64,000 nucleotides of DNA from Octopus sinensis (Eukaryota), in the NCBI RefSeq assembly GCF_006345805.1, contig NC_043002.1, positions 6,324,001 through 6,388,000 of the forward strand. Reading direction: 5' to 3'. Each line of letters begins with the position of its first letter. Position 1 is the first letter of the stretch. The notes below the pieces were generated by a model. It ran no database searches and had not been told where the DNA came from. It saw only the letters and a list, made by a program, of their open reading frames with translations. Positions 1 through 11,988 of the stretch are shown in pieces. Position numbers and translations under genes: made by a program.

Positions 1-319
1 CGTTAAAGCTCTTAACACATTCATATTTCGCATTGTGAAACGTAAAGGCTACACCAACCGGCAAGTAGCAGTCTCACAGTGCTTTGTTTGGTATTTTATT
101 TTATCGAATCCGGAATTCAAACACAATTTATTTTCAGCAAACGTGCTAACAACTCGGCCGGCCAATCCAGCGCTCTCGATATATTATTTGCTTCTTGGCC
201 TACACTTTTATATCTTCTTTCGATGCCGCAAATAAGAAAAGTAGAACTGATGACGACGAGATTTGAACACACAACATAAAGAGCTGCAATGAGTCGATGG
301 TCTAACACTTGTTAATAAC

Positions 320-333
320 CACTACACACACAC

Positions 334-364
<31 letters not shown>

Positions 365-507
365 AATATATATATAATATAATATACATATATATGTATA
401 TACATAATATATGCATACTATACACATGCAAATATACGTATATATGAACTTATGTGTATATATATCTGATATATATATAAGTGTGCGTGCGTTGTGTGTG
501 GTGTATG

Positions 508-541
<34 letters not shown>

Positions 542-666
542 TATTATATATATATATAATATATTATATATATATACATAATATATGCATACTATACACA
601 TGCAATATACATATATATGAACTTATATATATATCTATATATATATATATATATATATATGAATAT

Positions 667-697
<31 letters not shown>

Positions 698-862
698 ATT
701 GTAGTATGTATATATATATATATTTATACATACACATATATATATGTATGTATGTATAACCTCTATAAGCATGTTGTAAGCAGTCACATATATATGTGTT
801 TGTGTGTATATATGTACATATACAAATATAGATGTATATATGCGCATGTACATGTGTCTGAG

Positions 863-897
<35 letters not shown>

Positions 898-905
898 GCA
901 CACAC
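320..905. repeat. Compound (CA)n/(TA)n/(TG)n microsatellite block
   Basis: Dinucleotide runs read directly; the overlapping YI/HT/CV ORFs are translation artefacts. Confidence 0.95.
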
Positions 906-1186
906 GCGCGCGCGCAAGGAGAGAAGGTGGGAGAGGGAACGGTACAGATTAAATATGGCTTCATATGTAGTTTGCGCGCCGTCTACTGTTGACATTGCTA
1001 TTGTTTCTGCGGCTACCTTTATTGCTTATTGTCACTTAACACACATCTCGTTTGGTAAATTATTCATGCAATGTATGTTTCAACCGGGTACTTAACTCTA
1101 TCCGCTTCACTCCACCTAAGCATCCATCCTTGCACACATTGGGATGTACATGTGCGTTCGTGTGTGTAGCTGTGTGCGTGTGTACG

Positions 1187-1233
<47 letters not shown>

Positions 1234-1697
1234 CTGTCTTTGTGTATTTATGTAGGTAATTATCAAGAATAAATACTTCGCAATTTTAACGAAACTATTT
1301 TGTTTATGTGGAGCGATTAAGGGAGGGATTATTCATATTTTTCCGAAAAAAAGAAAATGGAAAAGAAAAAGATAAAGAAAAATATCACGTTCAGTGCAAC
1401 AGGGTAAAGATATGGGAGTCAAGTCAAATGGAAACTTGATAGTGTAATCGAGCTCAATATTTAAATATACATGATATATACCAACCCTCTCAGCTGGTAA
1501 TGAAGACAGAGTGCCCGTTGGCTATCGGTCTAGGGCAGCAGCATTTAAGAAAAATCAGTGGTACTACCAAATCAAAATTTACAGGCATGTGTGTGTGAAT
1601 GCGTGTGTGAGTGAGTGAGTGTGTGTGTGTGTGTATGTGTGTATGTGTGTGTGTGTGTGTGCGTGTATATATATATTTGTGTGTATATATATATATA

Positions 1698-2106
1698 GGC
1701 GCAGGAGTGGCTGTGTGGTAAGTAGCTTGCTAAACAACCACATGGTTCCGGGTTCAGTCCCACTGCGTGGCATCTTGGGCAAGTGTCTTCTGCTATAGCC
1801 CCAGGCTAACCAAAGCTTTGTGAGTGGATTTGGTAGACAGAAACTGAAAGAAGCCCGTTGTATGTATGTATATATATATGTATGTGTGTGTGTGTGTGTG
1901 TATGTTTGTGTGTCTGTGTTTGTCCCCCTAGCATTGCTTGACAACTGATGCTGGTGTGTTTACGTCCCCGTCACTTAGCGGTTCAGCAAAAGAGACCGAT
2001 AGAATAAGTATTGGGCTTACAAAGAATAAGTCCCGGGGTCAAATTGCTCGACTAAAGGCGGTGCTCCAGCATAGCCGCAGTCAAATGACTGAAACAAGTA
2101 AAAGAG
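1698..2106 (+). mobile_element. tRNA-derived SINE family B (full length, internal microsatellite)
   Basis: Head GGCGCAGGAGTGGCTGTGTGGTAAG (A box) and GGTTCAGTCC (B box-like), internal (TA)/(TG) tract, tail ...CCGCAGTCAAATGACTGAAACAAGTAAAAGAG. Further copies at 35388-35756 (+), 51553-51975 (-), 57045-57440 (-); halves at 7847-7975, 27000-27165, 52010-52170, 58700-58815, 62740-62792, 63126-63272. Confidence 0.9.
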
Positions 2107-2107
2107 T

Positions 2108-2144
<37 letters not shown>

Positions 2145-2443
2145 TGGAGGCGCAATGGCCCAGTGGTTAGGGCAGTGGATTCGCGGTTGTAGGATCGCGG
2201 TTTCGATTCCAACATCGGGCATTGTGAGTGTTTATTGAACGAAAACTCCTAAAAGCTCCACGAGACCCCGGCAGGTGGTGGCGATCCTTTCTGTACTCTT
2301 TCGCCACAACTTTCTCTCAGTCTTTCTTCTGTTGGCCTGAACGCTTAGCCAGCGGGGTGGCGTCATTTGAAGGCTAAAACAATGCGAAGCGTATTGTGAC
2401 CAGCGATGTGTAGCAACATCTGATAGCCTGGTCGGTCACCGAT

Positions 2444-2448
<5 letters not shown>
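2145..2448 (+). mobile_element. tRNA-derived SINE family C, tail variant 1
   Basis: Head TGGAGGCGCAATGGCCCAGTGGTTAGGGCAG...GGTTTCGATTCC with A/B boxes (tRNA-Arg-like by eye); same head at 33730-34077, 52742-53026 and 62145-62527 on the minus strand. Confidence 0.85.
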
Positions 2449-2512
<64 letters not shown>

Positions 2513-2935
2513 GATGCAAACAAGAAAAATAGAACTCAAAATATGAATATATGTATATTTTTATTAATATCCAACAGAAGCTACAGAGTTTAGGCGTTGG
2601 AACTTATCAAACAATTTGGTAGGTGCCGACGCACGAAACTCTCGGCTGAAAGCTTTGTTGGGAAATAATTAGGGAGGATTGAAAGTTTGTATCATCTGCA
2701 TAAGTGTCGGTTTTGGCGAATCTTTGGACATGTAAGCAGAAACCCAAAACATAGGGAACAGTGTTGACTACGAATAGGCAGAAAGAACTCCGTCAACACT
2801 TGCTGGAATCGTGCGACCAGATAGGAAGCATCCAATCCAAGAGATGAAAAATAAGTGGAGACCGTTGGCAAGAAGATTTGATAAGAGATATGCATGCTAC
2901 GTCCAGTCAAATGCCTTGCTTATATATAGGGCGAT

Positions 2936-3153
2936 AAAGCGACGAGCTGGTAGAAACGATAGCACGCCGGGCGTATTTCGTCTGCCGTTACGTTCTGGGT
3001 TCAAATTCCGCCGAGGTCGACTTTGCATTTCATCCTTTCGGGGTCGATAAATTAAGTACCAACTACGCACTGGGGTCGATGGAATCGACTTAATCCGTTT
3101 GTCTGTCCTTGTTTGTCCCCTCTGGGTTTAGCCCCTTGTGGGTAGTAAAGAAA
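2936..3153 (+). mobile_element. tRNA-derived SINE family A
   Basis: Consensus AAGGCGGCGAGCTGGCAGAAACG...GAGTTCAAATTCCGCCGAGGTCGAC...CCCCTTGTGGGTAGTAAAGAAATA; flanked by direct repeat ATATATAGGGCGA. Confidence 0.92.
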
Positions 3154-3329
3154 TATATATATATAGGGCGACAGCATTGGTTTCACTGAACTTCAATAAA
3201 GCGAAAACCGAATTGTGACAAAAAAAAGTAAATTGTCTGTGTATGTGGTTCTACGGCAGCTGGAGAGAGAGAGAGAGAGGAGCGAGAGAGAGAGAGAGAG
3301 AAGAGAGAGAGGAGATAGAAATAGAGGAA

Positions 3330-3790
3330 GAGAGGGGGCTTGGAAGTGTTGAAGCGAGTCAGTGTTATGGGTTGCCTCCTTTACCTTAGAGATGTTAGAG
3401 GTGAGAGCAATATGTCGATAGCTGATTAGGTCAGAGGTGATTCAATTGGTTGGGATGGGGCTCACGTAGGTGCGCTTTCAAATGTCAGAAAGTGATAGAT
3501 TACAGTTTGGTGAGTAGAGGAGTCACTTCCCGGATGCAGCACTTAAGTTTAGTAAAATGAGCCTTGTCGGGGCTAGTAGACTTGTTTGTTTGGAGCAGCT
3601 AGCATTATTTCCACATTAGGAGTATATGAGTGTGGGAGGCCTGATGGACCAGTGTGGGGCTAACTTGAAAAGGATTAGATAAGGGTGAGTACAAGAAGTG
3701 TGGAATTGGATGAAAGGCAGGCAACAAAAACGGAGGGTTTCATAAGGGCCATATAGAATATAAAGAAAATCAGGAGGTATGAGATATATT
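3330..3790 (-). pseudogene. Decayed non-LTR (CR1/L2/Jockey-like) reverse transcriptase N-terminal remnant
   Basis: Minus-strand translation across stops/frameshifts gives KSTSPD..LKCCIREVTPLLTKL and an NYR-IALTSNISKV-like motif. Confidence 0.6.
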
Positions 3791-4359
3791 TATGTCACCA
3801 GATGATATCCAAAGGATGGCGGTCATTTCGCAGCCAGCATCATGGAAAAATAACTTATTTTAGAATGTTACAAATTATTTTACATTTCTGCACTAGTAGG
3901 TGTGTTATTAATTGCATTATATAGGTTTTTGCAGTCATTTTCGTACGTTTGGCATTCAATTCGATAATCGGATCATTCAAAGTCGCGAAAAAAATTAGCG
4001 CCATGAAGTTAGTCATTCAAATTCTTTTTGACCACTCAATTTCGCACTTTGGTCGAAGAATTTGGCATTGACATCATTCAAATTAAAATACTTGCACGGA
4101 AGCATCTTTTCGAGCATTCAAATTCGTACGTGAGCATTCGAGTTTGGAATAAGTTTATTCAATTCAGCACTAATTTCCCATGTGTGTATTTACTCACATT
4201 CTAAGAAGTGAATGTTAAAAATGACAAATTTAAATGACATGTGTTGTCATGGAAATTCTATTATGTTGCTATAGCTACAAGGAAGATATAAATTACGTGA
4301 TTCTTCTGTCCACGAAAGTCTTTTTCATTGTAACATTCGGTCGGTATCTGTTACATTTT

Positions 4360-4592
4360 AAGGCGGCGAGCTGGTAGAAACGTTAGCACGCCGGGCGAAA
4401 TGCATAGCCATATTTCGTCTGTCGTTGCGTTGTGAGTTCAAATTCCGCCGAGGTCGACTTTGGCTTTCATCCTTTCGGGGTCGATAAATTAAGTACCAGT
4501 TACGCGCTGGAGTCGATGTAATCGACTTAATACCTATGTCTGTCCTTGTTTGTCCCCTCTATGTTTATCCCCTTGTGGGTAATAAAGAAATA
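4360..4592 (+). mobile_element. SINE family A inserted in the Tc1-like element
   Basis: Full head-to-tail copy; 18-bp direct repeat GGTATCTGTTACATTTTA at 4343-4360 and 4593-4610. Confidence 0.95.
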
Positions 4593-4837
4593 GGTATCTG
4601 TTACATTTTATATCCCTTTGCCTTACACTAACTTGTAATCATGGAGCCACGCGTACGAAGATTGGGCAAGGCTGGTTGACGCCTCCGAGGGGCATCAAAC
4701 CGATTACCTGCAACTAGCAGGCACATTTAGCTTTAAAAGGTGTAGTGCCCGATCCATAGTAGCGACCTACCTATGGCCTGAGAGGCACCACATGTTGCCC
4801 AGAGGGACTTAGAGGCAGCATTGTCCGGAAATCCGCC

Positions 4838-5579
4838 TTGATAACTATGAAGTTGGCTGAATACGTCCCAGATGCAAGAAATGCCTCAAGAACTCTAGAA
4901 AAGCGTTATGAGTACGCGCATTGGTTCATGGAGGAGGGAAGCGTTAGCCATTGCGTATTCATTAATGAATGTGGGTACAACATTTGGACCGGGCGATCTT
5001 TTGGACGAGCTCCTCGAGGCATTCCTATTCGCCGAGTTGTTAACCGTCAGCTTGGGAAAAACTGCAACGTCACTTCCACTGTGTCGTGAGAAATCGGTCT
5101 GGTTCACCACTCCATTGCGAACGATATCGTTACACGAAACTCTTTCGAGAAGTACTTGGCGGAAACAGATTGGGGCACGTGCCGATATGTTCCTAGAGGA
5201 TGAATCCGTTTACTTGATCTAGGACAAGGCGCGTCCACTCGTTCGTGCCGAGATCCCAACTGACGTCGACCGACGGATTAGTCTGAAATTCCTGCCTTCC
5301 TATTAAGTCGTTTCTTAATTGTACGGAAATGGTGCATTCTGCCTTTTAAGGCAGCTGTGAAGAAAGAGGGACCACGTCCGAGCTGAGTTGCAGCAAAGGG
5401 ATGGTGACCGGGCAGCTGCAGAAGCCGGTTTGACCATAGAAGAATGGCGAGCACATGTCATACAACAGGTTGCAAGGCGTTACGTCGGCGCCATCACTCC
5501 AGAAAATCGTGCTCCTTGGTATAGACACACCCAGACCTACCTCCCGAGATGCCTCGACCGCCAGGAAATAGTTGGCTAA
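4838..5579 (+). pseudogene. Degenerate IS630/Tc1-like DDE transposase
   Basis: HCVFINECGYNIWTGRSFGRAPRG (first D mutated), VYLI*DKARP, LKFLPSY*SFLNCTEMVHSAF (PYSPFLNP.E-like); multiple frameshifts and stops. Confidence 0.8.
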
Positions 5580-6203
5580 ATCCTCTCAAACGAACTCTCC
5601 TTATCAAACATGTAAATCAATATCATATCTTAATGTACATAGCACCTTTTCCTAATGAAAGAAAAAATGGAAAAAATCAAAGAAAATGAGAAATTGTTGT
5701 AATTGTGATTTTCTTTAAAAAGATTGAAAATGCTGGAATGCAATTCCATGAAATCGTTAACAATAAACAGATGTACCTATGCAAAAATAAATGAATGCAT
5801 AGAAGAAACATGGGCACGACAGAGTGCTTAATGCATAAACAATGGATGAAAGCACAGGATTATGATAACTATAATCTTGAGATAAATCCAAGACAGCTAC
5901 CGTGTTAATTTGATTGTTCGAAGTGTTAAACATTTCTCCGGAACAAATTTGAATGCTAGAAAAGATGCTTCCTCGCATTCCGACAAACTTGAATTCTCTC
6001 GATGGGCATTTCAATTTGAATGATGTAAATGCTAAATTCTTCGACCGTAGTGCGAAATTGAATGGTCAAAAACGAATTTGAATGACTAACTTCTTGGCGC
6101 TAAATTTTCGTGACTTTTTAATGACCCGATTATCAAATTGAATGCCAAACGTACGAAAATGTCTTCAAAACCTATACTATTGTATATTTTACTAATTAGT
6201 GCT

Positions 6204-6365
6204 GGTATAGAAGACTAGCCCATCAGATCAACAGAATATCATAGTCATATCCATTTTTTCAACTCCACTACACATACAAAATGTCATCTTCAAAGTATCA
6301 ACGCATGGAGTTCAAAAGTGAGTGTGACCATATTCTGTTGATCGGATGAGCTAGCCTTTATAGCC
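6204..6365. mobile_element. Small MITE-like element
   Basis: CTAGCCCATCAGATCAACAGAATAT (6215-6239) is the inverse of 6330-6354 with 2 mismatches; arms extend imperfectly on both sides. Confidence 0.55.
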
Positions 6366-6489
6366 TTTTATACTGCATAATTTACTGTGAAAATGAACAT
6401 TAAAAGAAAAACTATGAAGATGTGCCAGTCTTCGTACACTATGTAATTGCTTTATATATATATATATATCTATATATATATATATATAT

Positions 6490-6950
6490 TGCTAGTTTCA
6501 GCTCAGAGCTGCGGCCATGCTGATGCACCGCCGTTTTGTGCTACACTGTTATTACTAAGAGCCTCCTCTAATATGTGGCACTTGGTGAAGAATGGAGTTT
6601 AATATAGCTACCCTCATTTGCACCTCTTGCCGTGAGGTGGGCTCATCTGGGACTTTCGACAGGAAGAGGTCCAGCGTTGATTTAAAAACCCTTACATCTA
6701 CTTTGTGCAAGTTTCTCAGACTCTTTGGGAGAATATTAAAAAGCCGTGGGCCCTTGAAACCCAGGCTGTTGCAGTAGCTGATTCTGAGGCGTGATGGCAT
6801 TGCTGGGATATTTGGCACTATGCAATGTCGTCCCGTTCTAGCATTGGTGTAGCTTACAATGCCAAAATTTGGCACAATTCCTTCCAGGATCCTCCAGATA
6901 TATATTGCTGCAAACTTCTCCTTGTTCAATATAAAGGATTGAACAGACAC
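6490..6950 (-). mobile_element. CR1-group LINE 3' end (post-RT C-terminus plus 3' UTR), 5'-truncated
   Basis: ORF IYIWRILEGIVPNFG...GPRLFNILPKSLRNL...FKSTLDLFLSKVPDEP; tail GGCGGTGCATCAGCATGGCCGCAGCTCTGAGCTGAAACTAG followed by (TA)n. Confidence 0.85.
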
Positions 6951-7176
6951 AACAGAACAAGGAGAAAAAGTTAGACGAAAGTTAGAGCAAAAGGGAAATT
7001 AGTCGTTTTAACAGACGGGAAATATAGACAAAGACACGATACAGAGAGACAGACAGACAGACAGAGACTCACACATACATATATATATGAAGTGCTCCAG
7101 CATGACCGCAGTCAAAAGACTAAGAAAGGATATATATATGTGTGTGTGTAAGTATATGTGCATATTATATATATAT

Positions 7177-7209
<33 letters not shown>

Positions 7210-7220
7210 GATAATATATA

Positions 7221-7298
<78 letters not shown>

Positions 7299-7768
7299 CA
7301 GATATATACATCCGTGTTAACTGGATTCATAATTTATCTCCGATGCAAGCAACAGCTCTAATGCTAACAACTAAGTTTTGATATTATTCTCAAACAATTC
7401 ATCTTTTTGTCGAGCAAGTTATTTATCTAGCTATCAATATAGTCACCTAGTCACACATATAGAACTATGAGGCCACCACGACCGAATAATTATGAGCCAT
7501 TCCATTTATTATGCGCGCGCACACACGCACACAAGCACGTTTATTCATGTTTGCACACTTAGACACAGAGATCAATATATGTGGAGGGAGGTATAAGATG
7601 TATCACAAATTATTCATAAATAACAAAAATCCATCAGAATATATGTAGAAATAAATCATTTAATTAATATATATTATTGTATATATTAATAATATAAGGA
7701 TATGTTTATAAGTGTTTTAGTTGTGTATACACATATAAATAAGTAAATATATATAACATATACATAAA

Positions 7769-7831
<63 letters not shown>

Positions 7832-7989
7832 TAGCTCTTTACTCTTTTACTTTTTTCAGTCATTTGACTTTAGTCGAGCAAATCGACCGCAGGACTTATT
7901 CTTTGTAAGCCTAGTACTTATTCTATCGATCTATTTTGCTGAACCGTTAAGTTACGGGGTCATAAACACACCAACATATATATATATAT

Positions 7990-9360
7990 TTATTCAAATA
8001 GGCATGCCGCCCGGCTTTGTTTTCCCTCTCAACTACATCACCCTCTGTGCTCCCAATCTTTGCTCCCAGCTACAGGAAGTCCTCAACTAACTCTAGTGGC
8101 TTCCCACCTACATTCATAATCTTCTCTGGCTTCTTAATGTTCTCTATCAAATACTTCATCTTAATCTTATTCATTTTCAACCATACACTCATCAGCACAA
8201 TCTCCACCTCCTACACCAACTCCTCTACCACCCTGGTGTTTGTCCCCAGAACAATGTCATCAGCAAATTCAGCATCTGATATCTTTTTAGCCTTGATCCT
8301 CCTGCTCTGAGCTGCTGCTACAATAAAGCCAGAGTCCTGGTGTTTCTCCAACGCAAGGCGCATACAAAATCGACTATGATAATGAAAAGGTAGGGAGCCA
8401 ATGTAACTTTCTGGAACACTCCAGACAGTATCTCAAAGAACTCCGTCATCCCGTCAGGGGTAATGACCTAAACTCTGTAATATCAGTAATTGGGAATTCC
8501 ATAAGCCTGTAAAATCTTCATCAGATCCACAGAATCAAAAGCCTTCCTAATATCAATGAAAACCATGATAGTAGGAAAACTCATTGCTCTAGCTCCCTCT
8601 AATATCTTCCTCAGGATTAGGATGTGACCGGTGGTTGGTCTTCCCTCTCTGAAGCCATTCTCGTTGTCCCTGCGCTTCTCCACCTCTGGCTGGATCCAGG
8701 ATCCTGTTAAGAATCATCCTATTGAGGGTCTTTGCCACGAGTGACATCAGTGAGATCTCTCTGTTGTTGTTAGTGTTAGAGAAACCTTCCTTTTTTGGCA
8801 GTGGGATGATGTTATCCTCTAATGATTTGGGGCAACTCCTTTTTCCAGTACCTGGTTACAGAACCCCAGGACAATATCATCAAAATCAAACCCCTTCACT
8901 TATTCTGTATGGAAATCGGACCTTCGTAAGGATCTGAAGATCCGTCTCTTCCTTACTGCAGTGGAGCCTGTGCTGTTTTACGGGTCTGAGACTTGGACAC
9001 AGACCAAAAAACTCACTCAGATAGTAGATGAGTGCTACATGAGAATGCCGAAGAATGCTCTGAACATTAATCAGTAAACATTGAGGATGAAGAACTCAGA
9101 GCCTCCCAAAAGTTAGCTCGAAAATAACACAGAGGAGATTGAGGCTGGCTGAACATGCTCACCGTCATTCAGAGTTGATGCTGCACTCAGTGCTTCTGTT
9201 GGAGCCCCTATATGGACACACTAGAAGAGGGAGACCAAGGATGACATATTTTGATGCCTAAGGGCAGACACTGATCTCTGAGAGATGCAAGGCATGGTAG
9301 TGATGATGAGGGACTGCTGGAGTGAACTCGTCCATGATCTCGGAAATTTTACCCGCCCTA
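7990..9360 (+). mobile_element. RTE-clade LINE remnant with inverted 5' part (7990-8895 minus; 8896-9360 plus)
   Basis: Minus: NIIPLPKK, ISLMSLVAKTLNRMILNRI, ENGFREGR, VFIDIRKAFDSV, EFADDI. Plus: VWKSDLRKDLKIRLF..AVEPVLFYGSETWT, GRPRMTY. Confidence 0.85.
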
Positions 9361-9376
9361 TATAGTTAAATATATA

Positions 9377-10568
9377 CAGGGTGTGGTGAATAAATTATCG
9401 TCAAAATTATGCAAAAATGAAAATAACAGTGACATCTCATTTTAGCAGATATATTTACGAATATTACATAAAAATATCTTGAAATACTAAAGAGTAAATT
9501 TATTCAATAAAATCACCATTGGCTTCGACCACGGTATCCAGACGACTTCAGAATCTCCTGCAACTTTTCTGTTTGGTGAATGCTGCCATAATCCTTACCT
9601 TCACTTCATCTTTGATGTTACAAGGCGTTTTGGTGCAGTCTAGGTGACCAGATGTTAGGGGCGATGTAGTGGCAGATATTGTCTAACAGCAACGACTGGG
9701 TTCTCCTGCTTGTGTGGTATGGTGCAAAATCCTATTACCCGACATAGAGTCTTCCAGCAGCCATTCTCTTGAACCCTGGGTAGCACTACCTTCTCCAGGC
9801 ACTTGGTGTAGGCCTACGTGTTCAGTGTGATGTCGTGTGGTAAGATGAATGGAGGCATAACGTCGACATCACTAGTGATCACTCCAAACACCACGATGTT
9901 GACTGGATGTTTGATTTTTACCATTTTCGGTACAGGTTTTGGGGACACGGCAAACCATCATCTGTTCTGTGTGTTCACCATCTCATCCTGGCAGAAAATT
10001 TTCTCGTCTAAGAAAAACCATGTTTGGTTGGAAGGGATATTTTTTTTCTGTTCCGGAACTTCGTAGTGTGGTCTTTCCTCTTGTCCTTGATGGCTTGGGA
10101 TAAAAACTGGCCCTTTCTCATCTTGTATGAGGAATACCGAATGTCTTCATGCACTACATGCCTGATAAGAAACTCGGATACTTACATGTCTCTGGCGATG
10201 GACCTGACTGACTTGGAGGGATCGTTGTCAATCATGGCCTGGATCTCACAAACAACTTCAGGAGTTCTTTTCCTGCCAGAACAGAGTGAGATTTCCGAGA
10301 TGCCTACCTTCATAATCACGATTAGACTCATCCAACTCTTTCCGAATCCTCTGCACTCTCCTCAGCTTGATACCCAAACACCCTGAAATATTCGTATTGG
10401 AGCTTCCGGTGTGAATGCCAAGCGGTACAATATGGCGTTTCCAAATTTCTGGCTAAGTGAATTACGTCATAACCCTACTATATTCTGTAGTCGACAAAAT
10501 CAAAACAATAAAAGCGCATGCGCGAAATGAAAAATACAAAATGGCAACAGTTTACTCATCGCAGCCTG
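9377..10568 (-). mobile_element. Tc1/mariner DD37D (maT-like) transposon, decayed
   Basis: TA-flanked degenerate TIRs CAGGGTGTGGTGAATAAATT / CAGGCTGCGATGAGTAAACT; minus-strand peptides PSKSVRSIARDM, DEKIFCQDEMVNTQNR, VFGVITSD, QDFAPYHTSRRTQS. Confidence 0.8.
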
Positions 10569-10584
10569 TATGTGTGTGCATAAT

Positions 10585-10633
<49 letters not shown>

Positions 10634-10668
10634 GATATAATATATATATATATATATATATATAATAC

Positions 10669-10749
<81 letters not shown>

Positions 10750-10850
10750 CATATACATACATACATATATACATACATACATACATACATACATACATAC
10801 AAATATAGACATACATACTTTAATTATAAATACAGAAGAGTAATGCCACC

Positions 10851-10893
<43 letters not shown>

Positions 10894-11099
10894 TAAATAA
10901 ATAAATAAATATATATATATATATTCATAAAGTAATGCACAAGCAGGACATTAGTATAAACAGATTTACAGCTATATTTCTGTTTGTTTCCAATCGGAAC
11001 AGTTATTGATATTCATTATACCTTTGTAATCGTTTAGTGAAAATTTGTATTGATATCGACGACTGATGGAACAATGTGCGTATATAGTCAGTGGTGTGA

Positions 11100-11860
11100 G
11101 TTAACTGAAGCACAATGCATTGAGTTTTGATTTGTGATAATAAAATAAATTGCATTATTTTTCTGTTGCTCTCCTGTCACTGAGTCGCTTTAATGCTACA
11201 AAGGAAAGACAGAAACGTGTCGTAAGATCTGCCCTCCACCATTATCTTTACGTTAACTCAGGAATAATTTTTGGTGATTTCTTGGCGGGGTATCGTTATC
11301 CTTTTTTCTGGGTGTCATATCTGTTTGTACAAGGTAGTATTTTCGGTAACCATTACATTTTATCATGTAGATTAAATTGTCCAAATTGCAGAAGGTATTG
11401 TATTTAATTTTCAAGTTTGGACCCTCTTTGAAGGGGACTTCAGAACTTTCCAATAGGTAGCTATAGAAAATTTCCCCCCTACACTTTCGCTGCTATGAGA
11501 AAGCGAAATCTCACTGAAACACTGTAACTTATAATCTGTTGACATCACTTTTAAACTCATCTCGATGTACCTTTGCGTGCAAAGTATACAGGTAGAAATA
11601 TATTTCCTCGGCGAAATCCTGTGTCAAAGGGACGAAACGGTTACAGCACCGATATCAATTATTCTTTCAAATATTCAATTTATAATCGAGTTTGTCTTTC
11701 AAAGGCTGGTCATTCTAGTAACCCAATGATACAGGGACCGAAGTAAGGAAATATATCTTCGACAATTGGAAAATAAAAGCCCCCCTCAAAAAAAACAACA
11801 ACAGTATATTTGCCGATCACATGATAAATGTTAGCTTCTTTTGACACACTGAGACACATA
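11100..11860 (-). pseudogene. Penelope-like element GIY-YIG endonuclease remnant (minus)
   Basis: KIKYNTFCNLDNLIYMIKCNGYRKYYLVQT resembles the PLE motif C.S.NLIY.I.C.GC...YIGQT. Confidence 0.7.
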
Positions 11861-11988
11861 TCTGTATATGTGACACACTGACACACACACACATATATAT
11901 ATAAATATATAAATAAACAAGGTGCAAAGATGCTGAAGATTCAGTATACACCATGTGGAAAAATTAAGGTTCTGGGAAGTACGTATGA

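Larger units (their letters stand above)
3920..6176 (+). mobile_element. IS630/Tc1-superfamily DNA transposon with ~200+ bp TIRs, TA target duplication, decayed transposase
   Basis: Left end TATAGGTTTTTGCAGTCATTTTCGTACGTTTGGCATTCAATT is the inverse of right end ...AATTGAATGCCAAACGTACGAAAATGTCTTCAAAACCTATA; internal DDE_3-like peptides. Confidence 0.85.

Noticed and set aside
247-270. CTGATGA hammerhead core (also at 18097, 30265, 41787)
   Set aside because: No paired stem II followed by GAAA and no stem I.
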